From: a virus
DNA length: 64,000 bases
Virus record (IMG/VR): IMGVR_UViG_3300027746_000697
Location: 1 to 64,000 of that record
Direction: 5' to 3' (one strand)
The notes beneath the pieces were generated by a model that made no database searches, was not told the DNA's origin, and was given only the letters and a program-made list of their open reading frames with translations. The position numbers and the translations under genes are program-made. Positions 56,765 through 64,000 of the stretch are shown one piece after another (position 1 is the first letter of the stretch; each line of letters begins with the position of its first letter).

Positions 56765-57934
56765 ATGACTATCGTGGATCAAATCAATATTAGAAATCAA
56801 GCAACCACAGAAGGTACTGTGGGTGCTGATGGCACATACAGTGCTGAGACAAGTCAAACTACCACTGCTGACGCAGGGTACGATGACACAAGTGTACATG
56901 CAGAATACGAAAACAGCGTCAAAGCAGAAGTTGCAGTTGGCGCAACAGCCGGTGACGAAACAGCCGGCGGCAGTGTAGAAGTAAGTGCCAGTGCAGAAAT
57001 TACACAAAGCGCACACATTGAAGCAGGCCTAGACGGCAACAATGCATATGTTGATGTTGGAGCCAAAGACATGGCAGAAGCACATGTAACTGTGGATGCA
57101 GAAGCACATGCTGGTCCAGTCAGTGCAGAAGTTAGTGGCGATGCTTATGCTAAATCAGGCGTAAGTGCTGAAGCCAGTGCCCGTGCAGGTGACGGAGGTG
57201 TTCAAGCACAAGGCGAAGTATTTGCAGGTAATGCAGTGGGTGTTGATGCCAGTGCTACTGGAGGAGTTAGTGGTGTATCAGGAACGGTTGGCAGTGGAGT
57301 CAGTATTGGTGAACAAGTTGGTGTAGGCGGCGGCGGCCAAGCTACATTTGCAGATGGCACAGCAACCGTTGGAATCAGCGGAGAAGTTGCAGTGTTGGTG
57401 GGTGTTGAAGTTGACTTGTCTGTTAGTGTAGACACTAATCAAGTTGCAGATGATTCTGTTGCACTTGCGGCCGCAACAGAAGAACAATACCGAAGAATTG
57501 CACAAGAAGCTCAACGTCAATTTGATGAAGTGGCTCGTAATGCACAAATTGCTGCCGAAGAAGCACATCGTCAAGCAGAAGCCGCGGCCGTGGAAGCTCA
57601 ACGTGTGGCTGACGAAGTGGCTCAAGCTCAACGTGTGGCTGAACAACAAGCCGCAGAAGCTCAACGTGTAGCACAAGAGCAAGCTGAAATTGCTCGTCGC
57701 CAAGCAGAACAAGCTGCCGCAGAAGCTCAACGTGTAGCACAAGAGCAAGCCGCCGCCGCGCAACGCTTTGCAGAACAACAAGCCGCTGACGCCAAACGAG
57801 TTGCAGATGCTGCCGCTGCCGAAAGCAAACGAATTGCAGATGCTGCCGCAGATGAAGCTCGTAGACAAGCAGATGCTGCCAAACGAGCATTAGAAAATGC
57901 TGGCAAAAAGATGGATCCAAGACGCTGGTTCTAA
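56765..57934 (+). CDS. Gly/Ala/Val beta-rich domain plus 11-mer-repeat coiled-coil protein
   Basis: alternating A/G/V/S strands; AEAQRVAQEQA-type repeats; ends MDPRRWF. Confidence 0.8.
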   Translation: MTIVDQINIRNQATTEGTVGADGTYSAETSQTTTADAGYDDTSVHAEYENSVKAEVAVGATAGDETAGGSVEVSASAEITQSAHIEAGLDGNNAYVDVGAKDMAEAHVTVDAEAHAGPVSAEVSGDAYAKSGVSAEASARAGDGGVQAQGEVFAGNAVGVDASATGGVSGVSGTVGSGVSIGEQVGVGGGGQATFADGTATVGISGEVAVLVGVEVDLSVSVDTNQVADDSVALAAATEEQYRRIAQEAQRQFDEVARNAQIAAEEAHRQAEAAAVEAQRVADEVAQAQRVAEQQAAEAQRVAQEQAEIARRQAEQAAAEAQRVAQEQAAAAQRFAEQQAADAKRVADAAAAESKRIADAAADEARRQADAAKRALENAGKKMDPRRWF

Positions 57935-57951
57935 ATTATATAACTGTATAG

Positions 57952-57977
57952 AAAATAGGACCTTTGGGTCCTATTTT
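57952..57977 (+). terminator. intrinsic terminator
   Basis: AAAATAGGACC-TTTG-GGTCCTATTTT. Confidence 0.85.
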
Positions 57978-57987
57978 CACGACTAAG

Positions 57988-58036
57988 TGTTGAAAAATTA
58001 ACACTGTTGAAAAATCAACATGTTGTAATAATAACA
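57988..58036. repeat. three tandem 16-bp TGTT-N8-AACA palindromes
   Basis: TGTTGAAAAATTAACA, TGTTGAAAAATCAACA, TGTTGTAATAATAACA. Confidence 0.85.
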
Positions 58037-58100
58037 GCAGAGTTTAATATTTGTAATTTCATGAATAAATAATTTTAATAACAAATAGGAACGAGATAAC

Positions 58101-58532
58101 ATGCTGGACGGAGTCAAACAAGCTACGACTGCACTTAAAACAGCACAAAGTGCAGGCAAAGAATTAGGAGCAGTTGTATCAAGCCAACAGGCTGATATGG
58201 AAGCTACCGTTCAGCGCGAGCATGAATCCCGTATAAAATCTAAACTAGCAGAGCAACATCGAAAATCAACTCTTGAGTATAGAGCTCTTGAAAAATTTGA
58301 GATTAAGATGAAGTACGAGCGAGATGTGGCTAGACTAAAGGCTGAAACTATTCAAAAATACGGCAAGGATGCGTGGATCAAAGTAGAAGCTGAAAAAGCT
58401 GTTATAGAAAAAGAATATAAAGCTGAATTATCTGCAATGGATCGAGACCGACAAAAACAAATTGATGTGTTGTGCTGGTGTTTTGTAGCTGGCACATTAG
58501 TTACTTACTTTTTTAAACTATACAAAATATGA
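58101..58532 (+). CDS. coiled-coil protein with C-terminal TM
   Basis: helical with a hydrophobic C-terminus. Confidence 0.7.
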   Translation: MLDGVKQATTALKTAQSAGKELGAVVSSQQADMEATVQREHESRIKSKLAEQHRKSTLEYRALEKFEIKMKYERDVARLKAETIQKYGKDAWIKVEAEKAVIEKEYKAELSAMDRDRQKQIDVLCWCFVAGTLVTYFFKLYKI

Positions 58533-58609
58533 GATTACCACAAATTGTTCTGATATTAACATTATTAGTCACTGCGTTCTTGATATGGATGGAATGGCAA
58601 TTAAAGTAA

Positions 58610-59311
58610 TTAACGTAGACGTGCCAGACCCACTAATCTAAACAGGCCCAACCACATCCAACCTATATCAAATTCAAACCAGCGGCGACTGAGACGAGGA
58701 TTTGCGGGTTCCAAATGATGATTATTGTGCAGACATTCACCGCCAATAAGAATGCCCCAAGGCATAATATTTTTACTTTTATCCTTAGTTTCGCCATTTC
58801 TATATCCTATCCAATGTCCAACACCGTTGATAACACCTGCGGCCCAGAACGGAATCCATATCATTTGCACACCCCATATAACTAGGCCCCACGGTCCAAA
58901 GAACAGGCAGTCTATGACCAGCATTAGAAGAATACCAAGGCGGCTATGGGGTGTGTAAATGACCCGTTCAATCCAATCCTCAGGTGTGCCTACACCATAT
59001 TGTTGAATCATTTCTTTGTCTTTACTTGCTGAGTGATATAAAACTGCTCCCTTAAACAACACACGCCAAATACCGTATATGTGCGGAGTATGAGGGTCGC
59101 CTTCTTGATCACTAAATCTATGATGTTTTCTATGGATAGCTACCCACTGCTTGGTAACCATTCCGGTTGTGAGCCACAGCCAGAATCGCATAAAATGCTC
59201 CAATACAGGGTGGAAAATAATTCCTTTGTGAGCTTGTCCTCTGTGTAAATACAGAGTAACGCATATTATAGTAATATGCGTCATAGCCAAAGTTGCTATA
59301 AGTTCTATCAT
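58610..59311 (-). CDS. membrane fatty-acid (delta-9-type) desaturase
   Basis: His boxes HRGQAH, HRKHH, HNNHH; EFDIGW. Confidence 0.92.
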   Translation of the reverse strand: MIELIATLAMTHITIICVTLYLHRGQAHKGIIFHPVLEHFMRFWLWLTTGMVTKQWVAIHRKHHRFSDQEGDPHTPHIYGIWRVLFKGAVLYHSASKDKEMIQQYGVGTPEDWIERVIYTPHSRLGILLMLVIDCLFFGPWGLVIWGVQMIWIPFWAAGVINGVGHWIGYRNGETKDKSKNIMPWGILIGGECLHNNHHLEPANPRLSRRWFEFDIGWMWLGLFRLVGLARLR

Positions 59312-59338
59312 GCAATATTTATCCTACTAAAGACCACT

Positions 59339-59974
59339 ATGAAAACCATAGCTTTGTTTGTACATGATCCAAAATGCTCTGTACAAAGTGCAAACGGCAT
59401 TATGCGGGCACTGAGTCCACATTACAGATTTAAACTATTTGGGAAAAATCCCCTAGAAGATGTGTTCTTTGATGATGTTGATATGATAGCAATTCCTGGA
59501 GGAATTGGGGACTCGGAATCTTTTCATTATCTGCTTAGAAACAGTGGAGACTTGATCCGTCAATTTGTCAGCAAGGGTGGCAAATATCTAGGCATTTGTA
59601 TGGGTGCATATTGGGCCGGCAGTTGTTATCTCAATGTGTTAGACAGTGTGGATGCTGTGCAATACATCAAGCAACCTGGAACAGACACACGTCGCCCACA
59701 TGCCAAAGCCGTTGATGTAACGTGGAATGGTGTACAGGATAAGATGTTCTTCTATGACGGATGTGCGCTAGTCGGTGATGTTACTAAATTTACAACGGTT
59801 GCCACGTATGCCAACGGTGATGCCATGGCCATTGTACAGAATAATATTGGGTTAATAGGATGCCATCCTGAGAGTGAACAATTTTGGTACGACGGATACA
59901 GTTGGTTAAAAGGAAAACATCAAGATCACCATCATGCACTATTGCTTGAATTTGTTGATAACTTGATGAAATAA
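59339..59974 (+). CDS. BPL-N / class I glutamine amidotransferase-like protein
   Basis: IPGG, GGKYLGICMGAY, GCHPE. Confidence 0.8.
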   Translation: MKTIALFVHDPKCSVQSANGIMRALSPHYRFKLFGKNPLEDVFFDDVDMIAIPGGIGDSESFHYLLRNSGDLIRQFVSKGGKYLGICMGAYWAGSCYLNVLDSVDAVQYIKQPGTDTRRPHAKAVDVTWNGVQDKMFFYDGCALVGDVTKFTTVATYANGDAMAIVQNNIGLIGCHPESEQFWYDGYSWLKGKHQDHHHALLLEFVDNLMK

Positions 59975-59977
59975 AAA

Positions 59978-60074
59978 TGCTCACTTTCGAAAGTCTAGGA
60001 TTCCCGGCCCAGCCACTCGCGCCAGCAGCCGGCGCACACTCCGTTACGAATAACGGGTCCTAAGGTGTGTTCTT
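59978..60074 (-). ncRNA. candidate structured ncRNA
   Basis: GC-rich multi-stem segment between convergent genes, UUCG-capped stem, own TAAATA motif at 60088-60083, trailing U run. Confidence 0.55.
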
Positions 60075-60085
60075 TAATAAAGTAT

Positions 60086-60868
60086 TTACCTTCCTATATA
60101 TACTTTAGGCTCTGCTTCGGATTGTCGCTGTTTTTCAGACTTGGGAAATAGCTCGTTACCGTATTGAGGATATTTTTGCTGTCGATCGTAAGCTACCCAC
60201 ATAAAAACTCCACCCATGACAAATATTATAAACACGATTGCAATGCCTATTATGAAATCTTCTCTAATTTGTTTCATTCGTGCCGCACGTCTACGATCTT
60301 GTATAGCTTGACGTTGCATCTGACGAGTAATAAGAACACTTTGTTCCTTGCCCATCTGTTTCATCATTTCTTCTACTTCAGTGTATAAAGCTCCTAGTTC
60401 TTTGGGACTTTGATACACCATCAATTCACGCAACTCTACTTCCATTTGTTGTAATTGCTTTTTCATCAGGACACGCTGTAAAGCACGTTTGCCTAAACTT
60501 GCGTCACCTGTGTACACTTCAGTTTTTGCTCTGCGCTCTTCTTCTTCAAACACCGCTATGCATTTGTAAAAGTTATCGTAGTATGTGCCAAGGTGATTAC
60601 CAATTTCTGTATAGATACCAGTGTGCTCGTCTGCATTGGCTTTTTTGTTTAATGTAATTACCCGATTTTTTTCTTCTATGAAAGCATTTTTCTGTGCCAC
60701 CGTGGGAGGTTTTTCAGGTGGATGTAATTTTTGAAACTGTGCATCAAGATCTTTAATCACATCCTTTACATCACCAGCCGCGCCTTTGATGTCTTTGTAA
60801 AGTTTACACCCAGCCTTAACAGCGGAGACTGCTCCGTTGGCCAAAGCAAATAGTGTAATTGGATCCAT
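60086..60868 (-). CDS. helical protein with MDPIT amphipathic N-terminus and C-terminal TM
   Basis: coiled coil plus TM. Confidence 0.75.
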   Translation of the reverse strand: MDPITLFALANGAVSAVKAGCKLYKDIKGAAGDVKDVIKDLDAQFQKLHPPEKPPTVAQKNAFIEEKNRVITLNKKANADEHTGIYTEIGNHLGTYYDNFYKCIAVFEEEERRAKTEVYTGDASLGKRALQRVLMKKQLQQMEVELRELMVYQSPKELGALYTEVEEMMKQMGKEQSVLITRQMQRQAIQDRRRAARMKQIREDFIIGIAIVFIIFVMGGVFMWVAYDRQQKYPQYGNELFPKSEKQRQSEAEPKVYIGR

Positions 60869-60873
60869 ATTAA

Positions 60874-61107
60874 TTAAACGTAAAGGTCTATAGTGCCTAC
60901 CTTGAATATTTCCATAAGCACATGATTTTCGTGCGATCTTTTCAAATACACATCATACAAGTAATCTCTAAAATGTATTTTTTCAGTTAGTTGTTTATTA
61001 TATTCAGTCCAACGCTCTTCATTCTTTCTTGCATGAACATCGGCCAGTATGCCATCCACATTTGCATAACTTGGCTGCACAATTGGGAACCATGTGACAG
61101 CATCCAT
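60874..61107 (-). CDS. hypothetical protein
   Basis: ends GTIDLYV; coupled. Confidence 0.65.
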   Translation of the reverse strand: MDAVTWFPIVQPSYANVDGILADVHARKNEERWTEYNKQLTEKIHFRDYLYDVYLKRSHENHVLMEIFKVGTIDLYV

Positions 61108-61448
61108 TATGATTTTTCCTTGCGTTCCTTCTCTTCGGCTCTGGAATAATAATAAAGTATTTTGCCCCGCAATTCAGCTGAATCGGCTGCGCCTGTCCAT
61201 TCTGCAAGACGATTCCAAATCAACACAAGTTGTTTACTGTCACACTTGTCTCCATTTTTTGTTAACCATATTGATAGTTGCTGATGTCGTAGGCTAGGAT
61301 CATGTAATGTGTATGCAATGTTATAAAAATTAGATACTGAACATGTTTTAGTATCCGTGGCAACAACACCGCCTATGCAATCATCACAGGATTGACCTAC
61401 ACTAGACGCACCCAACAACGATAATAAAAATATTATTCGCCATTTCAT
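61107..61448 (-). CDS. secreted Cys-containing protein (antiholin-like?)
   Basis: signal peptide, four Cys, helical; ATGA-coupled to the upstream gene. Confidence 0.55.
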   Translation of the reverse strand: MKWRIIFLLSLLGASSVGQSCDDCIGGVVATDTKTCSVSNFYNIAYTLHDPSLRHQQLSIWLTKNGDKCDSKQLVLIWNRLAEWTGAADSAELRGKILYYYSRAEEKERKEKS

Positions 61449-62164
61449 TGCGACATCTCTGATGTGGCTAGATTAATTCTAGTTTTAACCACACTCAGTT
61501 CTGTTGGTTCTGTTTTGAATCCAACAGACACATATCCGTCAAAGTCTCCAATCTCTGGAGGAATACCACCACGACAGATAAACGTGGCGCCTTGCTTGAC
61601 TTCCCATTCTGAAGTCTTGCCAGTAACTTCTAACTTATCGCATATAACTTCACCGTTGAGCATGCCAATGATTGCGGCATTACGTGCAGGATCTTTGCTG
61701 AACAAACTGGAAACTAATCCGTCTAATGTGTTATCTCTGCCTCTGGGGCCAAACGCCAACATAGTTACTCTGGTGTTGACAACTAGACTGGCTTTGTGTA
61801 CTACAACTGATACTGCTTCTAGATCTTTTTGTAGACTCACAGCAACTGGTATGAGATGATTTACTTCTTTGAGGTTGGTGATCTTACTGCTTTGGGTTAT
61901 GGCATTTAGGATAACTGTTCTGCTGTCCCAAGCAAAATAACCAAAGAAGAACACACTGGCCAACAGTATAACTTCAAACAGTTTAAATGGGCTATCAACC
62001 CATTTGATCAAATCTATTGCTTTGTCCAGCATTGATGATGCTGATTTGGTAGTGCTACTAACATCAATCACAATAGGAGAATTAGCGGCCTTCTTAACAG
62101 GCGCTTTCTTAACAGGCGCTTTCTTAACAGGCGCTTTCTTAGCAGGTGTTTTTTTGATGACCAT
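61445..62164 (-). CDS. single-TM protein with periplasmic GAF-like domain (T4 holin T-like?)
   Basis: KKAPV repeats, amphipathic helix, one TM, C-terminal FICR..IPP...FDGYVSVGF. Confidence 0.45.
   Translation of the reverse strand: MVIKKTPAKKAPVKKAPVKKAPVKKAANSPIVIDVSSTTKSASSMLDKAIDLIKWVDSPFKLFEVILLASVFFFGYFAWDSRTVILNAITQSSKITNLKEVNHLIPVAVSLQKDLEAVSVVVHKASLVVNTRVTMLAFGPRGRDNTLDGLVSSLFSKDPARNAAIIGMLNGEVICDKLEVTGKTSEWEVKQGATFICRGGIPPEIGDFDGYVSVGFKTEPTELSVVKTRINLATSEMSQ
62091..62150 (-). repeat. 15-bp coding tandem repeat (KKAPV)
   Basis: ttcttaacaggcgct x3 plus a degenerate copy. Confidence 0.9.
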
Positions 62165-62202
62165 TGATTCGCTCCCAACTTATACTACTGTTTTGATAAT
62201 GG

Positions 62203-62580
62203 TTACTTCTTCCCACCATTGTTACTTTGTTTCTCTTTGAACTTTTCCAACTCTTGCACACGCCATACTAGAGTGTCTAACACTGCTTTGTTGGCACCGC
62301 TTCTTGATAGTGCTTCTGTGTTAGCCTGCATGAAGTCTTGGCGCAGTTTTTCACGAACCAGTTCAGCACCCATGTTCGGTGCTTGTTTGTTGTCTGATGT
62401 CACCACCAACTGCATCTTGCCTTCAAGAATGGTCAACTGTGTATGAACCGCACTCAGCGCATTCATCAAGTACACCACACAGGCAAACATGATGGGCAAT
62501 ACTGCAAATGTTACCTTTTCAATCAGCGCACCTTTGGCTTCGCCAGCACTCATCTTTTCTTTGATTTGTTCCAATTCCAT
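62203..62580 (-). CDS. single-TM coiled-coil protein
   Basis: AAGGAG SD; TM followed by a coiled coil. Confidence 0.7.
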   Translation of the reverse strand: MELEQIKEKMSAGEAKGALIEKVTFAVLPIMFACVVYLMNALSAVHTQLTILEGKMQLVVTSDNKQAPNMGAELVREKLRQDFMQANTEALSRSGANKAVLDTLVWRVQELEKFKEKQSNNGGKK

Positions 62581-62741
62581 GGTTTTCGCTCCTTTTGGAT
62601 TGTTTGTTCGCGGATTTGCTACTGAAAAATCGATTCGCTCCCGACTTGTTCCTTCAATAATATTTAGCTTTTAAAGCACCAATTCTCTTGCTATACTAAA
62701 TACAAGGCACTATAATAGTGTTTTAATAGGAAAATAAGTAA

Positions 62742-62945
62742 ATGGCAACAGGTAAAGTAAAATGGTTTAATGAAACCAAAGGTTTTGGGTTTATTACTCC
62801 AGACAACGGCGGTGAGGATTTATTTGCTCACTACTCAGCGATTCAGACATCAGGATTCAAAGTTCTGCAAGAGAATCAATCAGTAAGTTTTGACGTAGTA
62901 CAGGGTCAAAAAGGCTTGCAAGCCGCAAATATTCAACCGCAGTAA
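62742..62945 (+). CDS. cspA: cold-shock protein
   Basis: [21 protein letters not shown]. Confidence 0.95.
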   Translation: MATGKVKWFNETKGFGFITPDNGGEDLFAHYSAIQTSGFKVLQENQSVSFDVVQGQKGLQAANIQPQ

Positions 62946-62967
62946 TTAGGATAATACGGAGAGCATC

Positions 62968-63033
62968 ATGGCCCAGAAGAAAAGAACACCAATGGAACGT
63001 GCGGCTCGCCGTGCTACCAAAAAGAAACGTTGA
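62968..63033 (+). CDS. 21-aa highly basic peptide (not in ORF track)
   Basis: GGAGA SD; MAQKKRTPMERAARRATKKKR. Confidence 0.6.
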   Translation: MAQKKRTPMERAARRATKKKR

Positions 63034-63041
63034 TTTAAAAA

Positions 63042-63435
63042 TTGTTGTAATCCCTTCAAAACGAAGGCATGTTGGACGAGGGTTCGATTCCCTCCATCTC
63101 CACCAAAAAGGTTTTTAATGGATCAGTGGGACGAGTACTTTCCTCCTTTGAATTTATGGAACTATAGCCTACATTGGCAATGGTTCAATGATCCAATAGA
63201 AGAAGAAAATCTTTCTGATGGGGATGACCAGGTTTCGACAGCGTGAGATAGTAGAGACGGCAACACGATAGGCGATGGACGTAATCCAAGCAAAAACCGT
63301 AAATGCAAACGCAAATACATTTGAGTATTTCAAAGTTCCAGCTTCAGTAGCTTTTTCAGCTAATGATGCAGACTTTGCAATGGTAGCCTAAGAAACTACA
63401 ACTCCGGGGCTGGTTAGCCTTGTAAACCAATAACC
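63042..63435 (+). ncRNA. ssrA: circularly permuted (two-piece) tmRNA: acceptor piece ~63042-63105, intervening segment 63106-63219, coding piece 63220-~63435
   Basis: T-arm GAGGG-TTCGATT-CCCTC plus CATCTCC-A-CCA precedes 5' GGGGATG-ACCAGGTTTCGAC; 7-bp acceptor stem with G3.U70; tag ORF 63305-63391. Confidence 0.9.
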
Positions 63436-63463
63436 AAAAAAGGCACTTTCGAGTGCCTTTTTT
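63436..63463 (+). terminator. intrinsic terminator after tmRNA
   Basis: AAAAAAGGCAC-TTTCGA-GTGCCTTTTTT. Confidence 0.9.
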
Positions 63464-63534
63464 CTTGACCTCATGCAATATAGAATATATACTAGTCTTA
63501 GTGACTGACGTCATTATATTAAAAGGAATTAATT

Positions 63535-63987
63535 ATGAAAAAATTAGCAATCGCATCAATGTTGGCCTTGGCCGCATTTTCAGCAAGTGCTGTAGAAGTT
63601 GGCGTTAATGGTAGTTATGATTTTGGCGGTGCAAATGACCGTCCAGGCGCTGGTATTACCATTGGACAGAAATATAACAAATTTGGAATCACTGCTGGCT
63701 TTGATCGTTACACCAAAGGTACTGATCAAAACAAGTGGAACCTAATGGGTTCATATGATGTTGCTACTGTGGCTGGTGCTACTGTTGCAGTCAAAGCTGG
63801 TGCAATGTATATTGACAACACTGGCAGAGTAGCAGACGGCTATGCCGCATTGGTTGGTGCTGGCGTAAGCTACCCACTTAGCAAAACTGTTGCCTTAACT
63901 GCTGATTATCGTTATCAAGCAGGTCAATCGCGTGTAAACACATTTGACGGTAGCACTGTTTTATTTGGTGGCAAGTACTCGTTCTAA
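63535..63987 (+). CDS. outer-membrane beta-barrel protein (OmpA-TM/Ail-Lom-like)
   Basis: signal peptide, amphipathic strands, C-terminal G.KYSF. Confidence 0.85.
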   Translation: MKKLAIASMLALAAFSASAVEVGVNGSYDFGGANDRPGAGITIGQKYNKFGITAGFDRYTKGTDQNKWNLMGSYDVATVAGATVAVKAGAMYIDNTGRVADGYAALVGAGVSYPLSKTVALTADYRYQAGQSRVNTFDGSTVLFGGKYSF

Positions 63988-64000
63988 TTTAAAAATTAGA

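Noticed and set aside
57278-57920. Long antisense ORFs opposite the repeat protein (and similar shadow ORFs in the track)
   Set aside because: These are a by-product of repetitive or biased codons on the coding strand, with no SD or protein-like features.
57988-58036. CRISPR mini-array
   Set aside because: The repeats are 16 bp and abut each other with no spacers; no cas operon is present.
63071-63105. Stand-alone tRNA gene
   Set aside because: Only a T-arm and CCA end are present. There is no upstream D or anticodon arm, and the pairing 5' strand lies downstream, so this is a permuted tmRNA.
1-64000. Bacterial chromosome origin, suggested by dnaK, iscU, hemA and rpsU
   Set aside because: The host-like genes lack their operon partners (no dnaJ/grpE, no iscS) and are interleaved with virion genes and T4-type late motifs.
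1-64000. Stop-codon reassignment
   Set aside because: Conserved genes are full length under the standard code; TGA ends many genes and TAG does not interrupt them.

Overview
This window is part of a large T4-like (myovirus-type) dsDNA phage genome, not a cellular chromosome. Evidence: dense short ORFs, class Ia RNR, PAAR and Mtd_N virion proteins, perfect sigma70 promoters, and a recurrent TAAATA late-promoter motif. The CspA, IscU, IscA, DUF3563-like and tmRNA sequences suggest a (Beta)proteobacterial host (inference). It carries many host-like genes: a PlcP/LpxH2-like phosphodiesterase plus a GT4 glycosyltransferase behind a Pho-box-like site, an ADP-heptose cluster, ALA synthase, heme oxygenase and a bilin reductase, IscU/IscA, bS21, DnaK/sHSP/ClpS, a fatty-acid desaturase, CspA and a beta-barrel OMP. 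The main signals not shown by the ORF track are: (1) a circularly permuted two-piece tmRNA with a 28-codon tag and an ORF inside its intervening segment; (2) about 10 proteins, including three peptidoglycan hydrolases, that share an N-terminal MRAKEF..(I/L)xE leader resembling the T4 capsid-targeting sequence; (3) two candidate -1 frameshifts at A9/A10 runs; (4) a structured ~95-nt ncRNA candidate with its own late promoter; (5) paired ROSE-like thermometers on dnaK and hsp20; (6) a possible PHA-granule cassette. All calls come from reading motifs by eye; no database searches were run.
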